DNA of 63,812 nt, filler included. It is 6 parts of 6 records of this genome, joined end to end, with 100 filler letters (N's around TTAATTAATTAA, not from the genome) between each part and the next. Parts side by side here need not be neighbours in the genome. Positions count along the whole stretch, not along the records: positions 53,415 to 63,812 come from SRR31156797_13360; 5 more parts are not named here. One strand, given 5' to 3'. The position numbers and the translations under genes are program-made. The first letter of the stretch is position 1. Each line of letters starts with the position of its first letter. This document shows, one piece after another, positions 53,507-63,248 of the stretch. The notes beneath the pieces are model-generated. The model made no database searches. It saw nothing but the letters and a program-made list of their open reading frames with translations, and was not told the origin of the DNA.

Positions 53507-54432
53507 AAGAACTCTAAAATAAGCTGTTCCATCTCTTTTGGATCGGTTACTTTATTGATAGCTTCACGAAAACTATTGGCATTATCATACCCTTTAGAAT
53601 AAGTATGAAGATGTTTTCTAAACATTACCACTCCATATTCATTATAAAACTCTATCATTTTATGAAAATGCTCTAAGATGATCTTTTTTTTAAGCTCACC
53701 ACTTATCTCTTCATTATTTTGTGCTATTTGATAAAAGACCCAAGGTTTTCCTACTGCACCACGTCCTATCATAATCCCATCGGCTTTTGTATGTTCTAAT
53801 ACTTTTTTGGCTTTTTCAAGATCTGTAATATCCCCATTAGCAATAACTGGGATATGAACTGCTTCTTTTATGGCTGCAATGGCATCATAGTCTACAGGAG
53901 CTTTATAAGCCCCTTTTTTAGTTCGTCCATGAACTGCTATAAAATCAACCCCACAGTCTTCTACTGCTTTTGCAATATCAACAGGGATCTTCTCATTAAT
54001 ACCGATTCGTACCTTTGCACTTGTATAGGTTTTATTAGAAGTCTCTTTTATAGTTTTAAGGATTTTTTGTAAACGTGGAAGATCCCCTAAAAGGTTTGAT
54101 CCACTTCCATGATTAAACACTTTTGGAGCAGGGCATCCACAGTTTAGATCAATTCCTGCTATCCCATCTATCTCATTGAGCTTCTCAACTGCCAATCTCA
54201 TGATATCTTCTTTGCTTCCTGAGAGTTGTACAAAGTATGGATCTTCATTTGGAGATTTAGTCAACATTTTTTTTGTTTTTTCACTATTATATGCAAGGGC
54301 ATTTGAGCTGATCATCTCACTCACTGTATAATCAACTCCAAAGTTTTTTACAACAGATCGAAAAGGAAGATCGGTATATCCAGCAAGTGGAGCAAGAGCT
54401 ATAACTGGTTTTGAAAAATCAAGTTTTTTCAT
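53503..54432 (-). CDS. dusB: tRNA-dihydrouridine synthase
   Basis: LAPLAG.TD.PFR, DLNCGCP, VHGRT, ANGDI, MIGRG. Confidence 0.92.
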   Translation of the reverse strand: MKKLDFSKPVIALAPLAGYTDLPFRSVVKNFGVDYTVSEMISSNALAYNSEKTKKMLTKSPNEDPYFVQLSGSKEDIMRLAVEKLNEIDGIAGIDLNCGCPAPKVFNHGSGSNLLGDLPRLQKILKTIKETSNKTYTSAKVRIGINEKIPVDIAKAVEDCGVDFIAVHGRTKKGAYKAPVDYDAIAAIKEAVHIPVIANGDITDLEKAKKVLEHTKADGIMIGRGAVGKPWVFYQIAQNNEEISGELKKKIILEHFHKMIEFYNEYGVVMFRKHLHTYSKGYDNANSFREAINKVTDPKEMEQLILEFF

Positions 54433-54453
54433 AAAAAAGGGAAGAGTCCTTTT

Positions 54454-55473
54454 TTATTTATAAGAGATAGAGTCTAGTGAGTAGATATGTTTCCCACTAT
54501 CTTTTAGATCAACTAAAGCTTTAAATGGAAGGTATTCATCACTATTACTATTATCTAAGATATCCCTTACTTTATCGATCATCTCATATTCAGCTAATAC
54601 ATAAAGATATGCATGGATATATTCCTCTTTAGCTGAGCATAGATCTTCATAGAGTTTAATGATCTGATCTGGAGACATTTTTGATTTATAATAATTTGCT
54701 ATAGCAATTAGCTGATTGTTTGTAAGGTTTACTTTTGAGATTAAATTGATAATCTGCTCATTACTCATTGCAAATTGTGGGTCTTGTTCTGAATCTTTTT
54801 TAATTAAGTTCATCACCATCCCCTCATCAAAGGTAAGCTCATCAATAAGTTTTTTTATTGTTGTAATCGATTTTGCCTCTAGTACTTTATCAAATGCTTT
54901 TTTAATGATATCTTTTGAATATTCATTTGGTTTTTTAAGAGCTTCAAGTGCAAAGTTATCATCTTGATCGATTCTATTTTTCAGATTTTGCTCCATTAAC
55001 GGATTATCAACTGGAAGTTTCAGTTCTTTATTTGAAACATACTTTCCACTTCTAATAGCAAAGATCTGCTCTACAATTTTTTTGATCTTTTCATCTTCAG
55101 TACTAAAATCTTGGTTTGTAACATTTAGATCAAGTTGCTTTAAAATATTGGCAATATTTTTGATCTCTTTATTTTGAAAAGTTGTTTTTGTTGGTTCATT
55201 TAAAAGTTTATTATTGAGTAGTGTTAATAAACTTTCAGAATCTTTTGTAATCGATTTAATTGTAAAATAGTTTTTGATCCCATAATAACTGATATGCAAA
55301 ATGGTCATGAGTGCTAAAAAAGCAACTGGTAAAACTATCCAAGCAGCAATAGGAAGAATAAGAACAAAACTGAAAAGTTCAACTCTATAATCTCCAGATT
55401 CTAAACTAAATGCATACGCAAAAATTGCTAGAATAAGAATGATTGATCCAAAAATATATTTTTTTAGTCCCAT
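54454..55473 (-). CDS. Conserved Campylobacterota membrane protein (two N-terminal TM helices)
   Basis: 339-aa ORF co-oriented between dksA and dusB. Confidence 0.75.
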   Translation of the reverse strand: MGLKKYIFGSIILILAIFAYAFSLESGDYRVELFSFVLILPIAAWIVLPVAFLALMTILHISYYGIKNYFTIKSITKDSESLLTLLNNKLLNEPTKTTFQNKEIKNIANILKQLDLNVTNQDFSTEDEKIKKIVEQIFAIRSGKYVSNKELKLPVDNPLMEQNLKNRIDQDDNFALEALKKPNEYSKDIIKKAFDKVLEAKSITTIKKLIDELTFDEGMVMNLIKKDSEQDPQFAMSNEQIINLISKVNLTNNQLIAIANYYKSKMSPDQIIKLYEDLCSAKEEYIHAYLYVLAEYEMIDKVRDILDNSNSDEYLPFKALVDLKDSGKHIYSLDSISYK

Positions 55474-55497
55474 GCTGTTTCCTTTTTTATGTGGGTT

Positions 55498-55857
55498 TTA
55501 GTGGTTGTTGTTGTGTTCGTGAATCTCTCTACAATCTGTACAGAACTTTGCAAATGGTTTTGCTTTTAATCTTCCAATAGCGATCATCTCATCACACATA
55601 TCGCAGATCCCATAGGTTCCTTTAGCGATTCTATCAAGAGCTTCTTCTATCTCTTTTAGTTCTTGTTTTTGTTGGTTTACGATCACTCCTGATGTAAAGC
55701 TATCACTACTTGCTTCTGCAAAATCTAGATCATCTTTACAGTCGCAGTTATTCAATTTAGATATGTTATCTATACTGTCTGAAATATTACTTTTTATCGT
55801 CTCTTGCCTTTGAAGTAACATCTCTTTTAATTCTTGAATTTGTTTATTTGAAGCCAC
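55498..55857 (-). CDS. dksA: RNA polymerase-binding protein DksA
   Basis: Coiled coil with D..D.A, YGICDMC...RL.AKP.A..C..C. Confidence 0.92.
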   Translation of the reverse strand: MASNKQIQELKEMLLQRQETIKSNISDSIDNISKLNNCDCKDDLDFAEASSDSFTSGVIVNQQKQELKEIEEALDRIAKGTYGICDMCDEMIAIGRLKAKPFAKFCTDCREIHEHNNNH

Positions 55858-55930
55858 TACTTACGTCCTACCTTAAAAATGTTTCGTGAGTATACCAAAG
55901 TAAAACTAAATAATTAATGATAAGAAATAA

Positions 55931-56395
55931 CTATTTATGATAGGGGTGATTATTAAGGATTGCTAAGCCACGAAATATTTGTTCACATAAAACAATATTT
56001 GTAACTTTATGAGCCATGGTAAGATCACTTAAAGAGATCACTCTATCACATTTATTTAAAAACTCCCTATCAAATCCAAAAGCACCACCAATAAAAAAGT
56101 TAATTACAGGTTTATCACTAAGAAGTTTACTAAAAGCAAAACTATCAACTTTTTTCCCTAATACATCAAGAGCAATATTATATCCCGTAGCAAGTTTTGG
56201 AATATACAGGTCGTTATAAGCTTGATGGGATTCTTTTTCTCCTAGAGATTGTGCTTTGGCAATATTTTTATTAAAAAGTGAATGTACTTCAATAGAAGCG
56301 TATTTACTTGACATTTTTGTAAATTCATTGATGATAGGTTCAAAGTGGTCATTTGACTTTTTCACGATCTGATAGATATTGATTTTACAGCTAAT
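55931..56395 (-). CDS. rlmH: 23S rRNA m3Psi1915 methyltransferase (probable ATT start)
   Basis: FFIGGAFG, SLS.LTMAH, EQIFR, HPYHK; frame extends to KINIY with no ATG/GTG/TTG upstream of it. Confidence 0.9.
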   Translation of the reverse strand: MSCKINIYQIVKKSNDHFEPIINEFTKMSSKYASIEVHSLFNKNIAKAQSLGEKESHQAYNDLYIPKLATGYNIALDVLGKKVDSFAFSKLLSDKPVINFFIGGAFGFDREFLNKCDRVISLSDLTMAHKVTNIVLCEQIFRGLAILNNHPYHK

Positions 56396-56467
56396 AATTA
56401 ATCCCTTAAATTTTTTAGGGTATTATATCAAGTTTAGTTTATTAATAAAAGAATAGAAGGAAAAAAG

Positions 56468-57304
56468 ATTATAAAAAATGAGATAACAAGTATTGCTATC
56501 GGTGGTTTTGATGGAATGCATGTGGCACATCAAGAGCTTTTTAAAAAACTTGATAAGAATGGTGCTATCGTAGTGATATGCACAGGATATGCAAACCTTA
56601 CCACTAAAACACATCGAGCAAGACATACAACTTTTCCATTATTTTATTACCCTTTAGAAAATATTAGGAGTTTAAGTGGAAAAGAGTTTATTACTCTTTT
56701 AAAAGAGGAGTTCCCCAATTTAAAAAAGATAGTTGTGGGGTATGATTTTCATTTTGGACATAATGCACTTCATGATAGTGATGATCTTAAAGATATCTTT
56801 GATGGAGATGTGATCGTTGTGGATGAATATACTATTGATGGTTTAGCAGTTCATTCAAGAGTGATTAGAGAGCTTTTAAGAGATGGAGATATCCCAAAAG
56901 CAAATCATCTACTTGGATATAATTATATGCTTCAAGGGTATTATGTGAAAGGGCAAGGGCTTGGACAAAAAGAGTTTGTCCCTACTATTAATCTTGAAGT
57001 AAGAGAGTTCTTACTCCCTAAAGAGGGGATCTATGCTACAAAAACAATGATCGCAGAGCAACTTTATAACTCTGTTACCTTTATAGGAAATAGGGTAAGT
57101 ACAGATGGAAACTTTGCATGTGAAACCCATCTTCTTATAGATCAAGAGTTTGAAAAACAAGATCTACATCTTATCTCCATAGAGTTTTACGAAAAGATCA
57201 GGGATAATAAAAAGTTTGATAATTACCAATTATTGAAAGAACAGATATTAAAGGATATTGATATGGTAAAAGAATATTTTGCTAAGGATGAATTCAGTGA
57301 ATAA
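56468..57304 (+). CDS. ribF: Bifunctional riboflavin kinase/FAD synthetase (probable ATT/ATA start)
   Basis: IAIGGFDGMHVAH begins upstream of the called ATG; VVGYDFHFG, G.GLG...PTIN, ETH, IRDNKKF. Confidence 0.92.
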   Translation: MIKNEITSIAIGGFDGMHVAHQELFKKLDKNGAIVVICTGYANLTTKTHRARHTTFPLFYYPLENIRSLSGKEFITLLKEEFPNLKKIVVGYDFHFGHNALHDSDDLKDIFDGDVIVVDEYTIDGLAVHSRVIRELLRDGDIPKANHLLGYNYMLQGYYVKGQGLGQKEFVPTINLEVREFLLPKEGIYATKTMIAEQLYNSVTFIGNRVSTDGNFACETHLLIDQEFEKQDLHLISIEFYEKIRDNKKFDNYQLLKEQILKDIDMVKEYFAKDEFSE

Positions 57305-59033
57305 TGTAAAGAAGTTTTTAGAATCAGAGAACTTAGAAGAAGTGGAGATATTTGCTCATTTAAAATGCTCTTTAGAAGAAGCAAAAGTTTTACAATATCT
57401 TACAAAACAATATATCATGGGAAATGATAACCTCTTAGTGATAGATATTTTAGGTGAGTTTTTTGATGTAAAAAAGTTAGAACATATCGAACATATCCAT
57501 CTTATTAAAAACCTTTTAGAATTAGGATGGATCGTACAAAGTAATTTTATCTCTACAAAACTAAGTGAGCTTTCAAAATTAGAGCTTATTAATACCGCCG
57601 TAAGTTTAAGCAGTGCTTTTTTAAAGCTTTTAGAAGTGGGGTCACTTGAACTTACTCTCCCTGAAGTAAAAGAGTATAGTGATCATTTAGAATACTTACA
57701 AGATCAGTTTTTTAAAATAGATCTTGCGCAAAAGCTTAATATCGTTAAAAACAATTTTGATGAAAACTCACCAAATGCAAATCGTCTTCGAACAAAATTA
57801 ACCCTTTTAGAAAATAGGATCAAAGAGAGAGTAGAAACTACAAAAACACCTATTATGATAGAAGACTTTTTCAAAGAGCATAAACTTGAAGAGCAAGAGC
57901 AGATGATCTTTTTGGCTCTATTAAAAGAGGAGTATGGGGGAAGTGATGATTCTATTAGAGATATGAACTCTTTGATTGCACTTGTTTCATCAGATGATTA
58001 TGAAAAGATTAAACACCGAAGTTTACTTGAAGAGAGTGGGAATCTTATCTCAAATGGTTTGATCGATTATGATGAGATGTTGACTCCTTTTGGTGGAATC
58101 AATAGAAATTTTTTTATCCCTGATAGTATTTTGTATAAAATCTCCCATCCAGTAAAAAAACAAAAACGTCAACAAAAAATCAAACTTGATATGTTGATCT
58201 CAGAACAAGAGATGTTTGAACTAATAGAGCCTAAAAAGTCTCTTGAAGATGTGGTGTTAAATGAAAAGACAAAAAAGACTTTAGAGCTTTTATTGCAACA
58301 AGTGGATAAAAAAGTAGTTGATAAACTTAAAAAATGGGGTATCAAAGATAAGAAAAAAGGGATCGATGCACGGATCATTTTTTATGGAGCAGCAGGGACT
58401 GGAAAAACAGTTACTGCATTAGCTTTAGCAAAATCATTAAAGCGGCAGGTTTTAAGTTTTGATTGTAGTAAGATTCTCTCCATGTATGTGGGAGAGAGTG
58501 AAAAAAATGTTCGAAAGATTTTTGATGAATATAAAGATCTTACCAATAAAACAAAAAGTGAACCAGTACTTTTATTAAATGAAGCAGACCAGTTTTTAAG
58601 TAATCGTGTAAGTGGACAAATTAGTGGAAGCGATAAGATGCACAATCAGATGCAAAATATCTTTTTAGAGCAGATAGAAAAATTTAATGGGATCCTAATA
58701 GCTACAACTAATCTTTTAGATAGTATCGATAAAGCATTTTCAAGAAGATTTAATTATAAGATCGAATTTTTAAAACCAGATGAGAGTCAAAGAGTTGAAC
58801 TTTGGCAAAAGCTTCTGCCTGAGAATCTTCCTTTAGAAGAGAATTTTGATATAGAAAAATTGAAAACATATCAACTAACTGGTGGACAAATTGAGATGAT
58901 CATCACAAATACGGCGTATAAACTTGCAGTAAAAGATGAGCCCCTCTTTAAAATAAGTGATTTTATAGAAGAGATAGAAAAAGAGCAAAAAGGGCAGTTT
59001 GATAAAGATAAAACGGTAGGTTTTTTTAATTAA
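57297..59033 (+). CDS. AAA+ ATPase conserved in Campylobacterota
   Basis: GAAGTGKT, SMYVGESEKN, LLLNEAD, ATTN...D.AFSRRF; GTG start overlapping the ribF end. Confidence 0.9.
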   Translation: MNNVKKFLESENLEEVEIFAHLKCSLEEAKVLQYLTKQYIMGNDNLLVIDILGEFFDVKKLEHIEHIHLIKNLLELGWIVQSNFISTKLSELSKLELINTAVSLSSAFLKLLEVGSLELTLPEVKEYSDHLEYLQDQFFKIDLAQKLNIVKNNFDENSPNANRLRTKLTLLENRIKERVETTKTPIMIEDFFKEHKLEEQEQMIFLALLKEEYGGSDDSIRDMNSLIALVSSDDYEKIKHRSLLEESGNLISNGLIDYDEMLTPFGGINRNFFIPDSILYKISHPVKKQKRQQKIKLDMLISEQEMFELIEPKKSLEDVVLNEKTKKTLELLLQQVDKKVVDKLKKWGIKDKKKGIDARIIFYGAAGTGKTVTALALAKSLKRQVLSFDCSKILSMYVGESEKNVRKIFDEYKDLTNKTKSEPVLLLNEADQFLSNRVSGQISGSDKMHNQMQNIFLEQIEKFNGILIATTNLLDSIDKAFSRRFNYKIEFLKPDESQRVELWQKLLPENLPLEENFDIEKLKTYQLTGGQIEMIITNTAYKLAVKDEPLFKISDFIEEIEKEQKGQFDKDKTVGFFN

Positions 59034-59034
59034 A

Positions 59035-59063
59035 AATGAGAATAGAGCAGATCTATTCTCATT
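59035..59063. terminator. Stem-loop terminator after the AAA ATPase
   Basis: AATGAGAATAGA/TCTATTCTCATT 12-bp stem. Confidence 0.7.
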
Positions 59064-59131
59064 CTATTTTATCTTTTTCTTAACACTGATGTGAGTTTTT
59101 TCTCTAAGGTAACTTCTAGAATGAAAAGATT

Positions 59132-59218
59132 CTAAGCTTTTATTATTGTGTTACTATATCTTTTGAAAAATAATACATTGAGTTGCTTTATATATTTTCT
59201 TATTTCTTGTGTTTCCAT
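59132..59218 (-). CDS. Putative 28-aa small protein METQEIRKYIKQLNVLFFKRYSNTIIKA
   Basis: AAGGGA RBS before ATG; divergent regulatory boxes upstream. Confidence 0.4.
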   Translation of the reverse strand: METQEIRKYIKQLNVLFFKRYSNTIIKA

Positions 59219-59263
59219 TCTTGTTCCCTTTTGAAAGTTTATTTATAATTCTCATTTATAGAA

Positions 59264-59326
59264 GTATCAATTTAGAGTCAATTTGCTATTTTTTGACACT
59301 AGATTGACAGAAGTTTTTTTTATAAT
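59264..59326. promoter_or_regulatory. Mirror pair of 11-bp-period direct-repeat boxes plus -10 element
   Basis: Minus strand TTGACTC-TAAA-TTGATAC (59281-59264); plus strand TTGACAC-TAGA-TTGACAG (59293-59310), then TATAAT 10 nt downstream. Confidence 0.6.
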
Positions 59327-59352
59327 TTGATTATGATTGAAAAGGACAATAG

Positions 59353-59460
59353 ATGGAAAATGACTACATATCAACAATATTACAAGGATATATAATGGTA
59401 GCAACAATTGCTGCAGCATATTTAGGAGCAAGCTACGTATTTATTAGTAATATTTATTAA
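59353..59460 (+). CDS. Putative 35-aa single-TM small protein MENDYISTILQGYIMVATIAAAYLGASYVFISNIY
   Basis: AAGGA RBS, TATAAT upstream, long uncharged hydrophobic stretch. Confidence 0.6.
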   Translation: MENDYISTILQGYIMVATIAAAYLGASYVFISNIY

Positions 59461-59505
59461 TTTTTGATTAATTGATATTTTTAAAAATTGTGATAGACTT
59501 AAGCT

Positions 59506-60183
59506 ATGGAAACTCTATCATTAGAACAGAAAATTAAAAAACTTGAAAACCTCTATAAAGATATACTTAAGAGTGATCAATGTGATATTGAAGATATCCA
59601 TAAGTTAAGAAAAAAAACACGAGAACTTTTAAGTCTCATCTCTAAAGATGATCCTTTTTATAAAACTATGAAAAAAGTGATTAAATTTACTAATGAGATT
59701 AGAGATATTGATGTATTTAAAACAGTGTTTTTACATCAAATACCAAAAAAACTACTACATAAAATAGATACAGATTCTCTTCATACACTTTTAGAAGAAT
59801 CTAGAAAAGAGGATATAAAAGAGCTTCAAAACTATCTAAAAGATTTTACCCTTCCTAAGAATATCATAGTAGTAGAACATGAAGATGCTCATTTCCAAAA
59901 CATACAGACACAGAAACTTGAGTCATTAGAGGATCAAAAAGAGTTACATAAATATAGAATATATATAAAAAAACTTGTTTATAACTATAAAAACTTCTTT
60001 CCAAAAAAGAAAAAAACTATTAAGCACTTAGAAAAAATAAAAGATGATCTAGGAATTATCAATGATAACTTTAATGGTCTAAAACGTTTAGATAGTTTTA
60101 ATCTTTTAAGTCAAAAAGTAAAAGAGTATATAGATAAAGAGAATCAAAAAATATTTAAACAAATCGAAAAGTTAGAAAAATAA
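59506..60183 (+). CDS. CHAD-domain protein
   Basis: IHKLRK..R, EIRDIDV, LHKYRI..KK..Y, LG.IND. Confidence 0.8.
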   Translation: METLSLEQKIKKLENLYKDILKSDQCDIEDIHKLRKKTRELLSLISKDDPFYKTMKKVIKFTNEIRDIDVFKTVFLHQIPKKLLHKIDTDSLHTLLEESRKEDIKELQNYLKDFTLPKNIIVVEHEDAHFQNIQTQKLESLEDQKELHKYRIYIKKLVYNYKNFFPKKKKTIKHLEKIKDDLGIINDNFNGLKRLDSFNLLSQKVKEYIDKENQKIFKQIEKLEK

Positions 60184-60223
60184 ATATCTTATAAGAAAAT
60201 GATAGTTGATTAATCAAAAACTT

Positions 60224-60244
60224 TGTGATACAATATGTAATACA
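60224..60244 (+). promoter_or_regulatory. TA operon promoter/operator
   Basis: TGTGATACA and TGTAATACA palindrome-like boxes overlapping extended -10 TGATACAAT. Confidence 0.55.
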
Positions 60245-60261
60245 GTATAAAGGAGTTACTA

Positions 60262-60519
60262 TTGATCTCTGTAAGACTAGGAAGTGATATTGAAACTGAG
60301 CTTAATTTTTTATCACAAGAAAAACATATATCAAAAAGCCAAATCATAAAAGATTCTTTAGTTTATTATTTTGATATGTTGAAAAAAGAGCAACAACAAA
60401 AAAGTGCCTATGAGTTAGGGAGTGAATTGTTTGGAAAATATGCTAGTGGTGATAATGATCGTTCAATTACATACAAACAAAAAATAAAAGAAAAAATCAA
60501 TGCTAAAAACAATCATTGA
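60262..60519 (+). CDS. RHH/CopG-type antitoxin
   Basis: ISVRL...L..LS....ISKSQII; overlaps the PIN gene; TTG start after AAGGAG. Confidence 0.82.
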   Translation: MISVRLGSDIETELNFLSQEKHISKSQIIKDSLVYYFDMLKKEQQQKSAYELGSELFGKYASGDNDRSITYKQKIKEKINAKNNH

Positions 60520-60910
60520 TAGCGGTCCACTTATCGCTTTATTTGATAGTAGTGATAAGTATCACTTAAAAGTACTTGATTTTTTGAAATCTTTTCAAGG
60601 TGAGCTGATCACATCATGGTCTGTTATCACGGAAGTATCACATATGCTTGATTTTCATTTGAATGTACAAATTGATTTTTTAAGATGGTGTGAATTAGGA
60701 GCAATTACTATTTATCATATTTCTCAAGATGAGATTATCAACATAAGAACTATGATGGAAAAATATATTGATATTCCAATGGATCTAGCAGATGCAACAC
60801 TAATGTATATTGCTAATAAAGAAAATATAAAAAATATCGTAAGTATTGATAGTGACTTTGATATTTATCGTACTCTTAAAAAACAAAGTTTGAATAATTT
60901 GTTGAGGTGA
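60500..60910 (+). CDS. vapC: PIN-domain toxin (VapC family)
   Basis: IIDSGPLIAL, V.TEV, MDLADA, SIDSDF. Confidence 0.88.
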   Translation: MLKTIIDSGPLIALFDSSDKYHLKVLDFLKSFQGELITSWSVITEVSHMLDFHLNVQIDFLRWCELGAITIYHISQDEIINIRTMMEKYIDIPMDLADATLMYIANKENIKNIVSIDSDFDIYRTLKKQSLNNLLR

Positions 60911-60969
60911 AATACGAATGGTATCTTCTAAAAGAGCAGTTAAATATGCCAGTTGATTAGATTGGAATG

Positions 60970-61656
60970 CTACTCTTTAGATCTAGAGTTTTTCTCTTCA
61001 ATTCCACTCATCCCAAATCTTCGAGCAAGCTCTTGCTTGATTCTATCAGGTGAAATGTTTTTACTTACCATTGCTACTAAACAGTGGTATACCAGATCAG
61101 CACCCTCATAGATGATCTCTTCTGTATCATCATCTTTTACAGCAAAAGTAAACTCTCCTGCTTCCTCTACTATTTTTTTCAGCATAGAGTTTTGTTTCCC
61201 TTGGAGAAGTTTTGAGGTATATGATTTGCTTGGATCATCATTTTTCTTCTCTTGTAAAGTATGATAAAGAGTATCTATCACACCATATGCAGCAGTGGTA
61301 TCTACCTCAATCTCACTGGTTCTCTCTCCAGTTTTTAGATTGGTAAAAAAGCAAGATTTTCTTCCAGTATGGCAAGCCACACCATTTTGTTTTACAAGAA
61401 GTAAAAGAGTATCATTATCACAATCTAGTTTGATCTCTTTGATCTCTTGGGTATGGTTTGAACTTTCCCCTTTTTTCCAGATACGTTGTTTACTTCTACT
61501 AAAGTAGTGTGCATAGTTTGTCTCTAAAGTAAGTTCAAGAGCTTCTTTATCCATATATGCAAGCATAAGTACTTCATTGGTTTCATTATCTTGTACAATA
61601 GCTGGGATGATTCCCCCTTGTTTCTCAAAGTCAATAGTTTTTAGTATATTATTCAT
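60970..61656 (-). CDS. hisIE: Bifunctional phosphoribosyl-AMP cyclohydrolase/phosphoribosyl-ATP diphosphatase
   Basis: WKKGESS, DCDND, ACHTG..SCF, SYT..L, KI.EEAGE; start MNNILK. Confidence 0.96.
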   Translation of the reverse strand: MNNILKTIDFEKQGGIIPAIVQDNETNEVLMLAYMDKEALELTLETNYAHYFSRSKQRIWKKGESSNHTQEIKEIKLDCDNDTLLLLVKQNGVACHTGRKSCFFTNLKTGERTSEIEVDTTAAYGVIDTLYHTLQEKKNDDPSKSYTSKLLQGKQNSMLKKIVEEAGEFTFAVKDDDTEEIIYEGADLVYHCLVAMVSKNISPDRIKQELARRFGMSGIEEKNSRSKE

Positions 61657-62098
61657 TAGTAGTTCCAAATCCTGTGATGGTATTTTCATTTTCTAGTGTA
61701 ATTTCTGGTGAGTCTGTAGGTGTATTTTCATTATCAATATCTGTAGATTCTAGCATATTTTCTTCTATAGGATTCTCTTCGATACCTATTTCATTCTCTT
61801 CATTTATTGCATTTTGTTCTGCAAGTATTTCACGTCGTATAGCTTCATGTTCGATAGATTCTATTTCTAAGTTGAGATTATCGACCTTATAATATAAAAT
61901 GACAATATCTTCTTGAAGTTTTTCATTTTGTTTTTTGAGTTTCTCAATAGTCCCTTGAAGCTCTTTAATAGTTTCATTTGCTTTGATATTATCATCAAGT
62001 AAAGAGTTTGAGATGCTATCATAATCATCTAGTTGTACATATACTAGAGTTAAAAGGATTCCAAGGGCTAAGATAATGAGGTATTTAAATTTTTGCAT
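61649..62098 (-). CDS. Hypothetical membrane-anchored coiled-coil protein with acidic tail
   Basis: N-terminal TM, heptad pattern, stop overlaps the hisIE start. Confidence 0.7.
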   Translation of the reverse strand: MQKFKYLIILALGILLTLVYVQLDDYDSISNSLLDDNIKANETIKELQGTIEKLKKQNEKLQEDIVILYYKVDNLNLEIESIEHEAIRREILAEQNAINEENEIGIEENPIEENMLESTDIDNENTPTDSPEITLENENTITGFGTTNE

Positions 62099-62111
62099 CT
62101 ATTTAAAATGG

Positions 62112-62136
62112 ATAAAAGGGGTTTAACCCCTTTTAT
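62112..62136. terminator. Intrinsic terminator after the SPFH gene
   Basis: ATAAAAGGGGTT-T-AACCCCTTTTAT. Confidence 0.75.
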
Positions 62137-63248
62137 TAATGTATTGCCGTATCTCTTTGTTTATCTTTTGTATCAACCCAAATATTTGGAGTTGATCCAC
62201 CAGGTGTTAAGAAGATCTTCGCATCTTTATTTTCTCTCAGTGCTTCGTTGAATTTTCCTTGCACTTGAATTTGTTGCATTTGTAGAAGTTTTGGTGTTAA
62301 AGATTCTGCTACAAGTTTATTTGCTTTTGATTGAGCATCCGCTTCAATTGTTACAGCATCTGCTCGACCTTGTGCTTCAATTCTATTTTTATCAGCTTCC
62401 CCTTTTGCAAGAGCTGCTTTTTTCTCAGCTTCTTGTTTTGCTCTTAATACTTCATATTTTAATCTTTCAGCTTCTTGATTTGCAATTTGTACTCTCTCAA
62501 TTTGCTCTTTAATCTTTACAGGAAGTACAATCTCTCTTAATTGAACAGATTCAATAGATACAGGTTTCCCCTCTAAAGCTTCAATTTGTGATCTAATACC
62601 ATTTTCGATCATAGTTGCGATCTCATTTCTTTTAGTTGGAAGTTGTTCAGCATTAAATTCACCTACAACATTTCTTACAATATTTCTTACAACAGGGTTT
62701 ACGATCTTATCTTCCCAAGATAGACCCCATGTTGCTATAGTATTTGGTGCACCATATGGTAAAAGTTTATATTGAACTGTAAGCTCAATTGAAACCGGAA
62801 GACCTCTAGCGTCTAGAATGTTAATAGCTGGATTTACTTTAATACCGCTATCAAACCCACTCATTTGCTCAACCGTCATATAATTAATAAGTCTAACTTT
62901 TGTATCTACAGTAATAATCTTTTGTAGCACTGGGATATACAAATGAAACCCTGGTTGTAATGGTTCATTTTCATATTTACCTGTTGTTACTTTAATACCT
63001 ACTTCCCCTGAGTTAATTACTACAAAAGGTTTTGCAAAAAAGAGTAACACACCAATTATAATAATTGCATAGATTACAGCAGAGCCTTTTCCAAAGTTTT
63101 TAAACATTTGAGGTGGTTCAAATGGAGGTTGGTATCCACCACCTCCACCACCATTTGAGTTTTTGTCCCCTCCATTGTTATTTGAAGAGTTGTCTCCATT
63201 TTTTTGTTGTTTTTGTCTATTCTTAAAATAGTCATTATCGATTGGCAT
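62136..63248 (-). CDS. SPFH/prohibitin-family protein
   Basis: TM, INSGEVG, PG.H...P, VQLREIVLP, coiled coil; start MPIDNDYF. Confidence 0.92.
   Translation of the reverse strand: MPIDNDYFKNRQKQQKNGDNSSNNNGGDKNSNGGGGGGYQPPFEPPQMFKNFGKGSAVIYAIIIIGVLLFFAKPFVVINSGEVGIKVTTGKYENEPLQPGFHLYIPVLQKIITVDTKVRLINYMTVEQMSGFDSGIKVNPAINILDARGLPVSIELTVQYKLLPYGAPNTIATWGLSWEDKIVNPVVRNIVRNVVGEFNAEQLPTKRNEIATMIENGIRSQIEALEGKPVSIESVQLREIVLPVKIKEQIERVQIANQEAERLKYEVLRAKQEAEKKAALAKGEADKNRIEAQGRADAVTIEADAQSKANKLVAESLTPKLLQMQQIQVQGKFNEALRENKDAKIFLTPGGSTPNIWVDTKDKQRDTAIH

Noticed and set aside
63130-63215. Gly/Asn-rich run in the SPFH N-terminus as a tandem repeat
   Set aside because: Mixed-codon low-complexity linker; frame intact.
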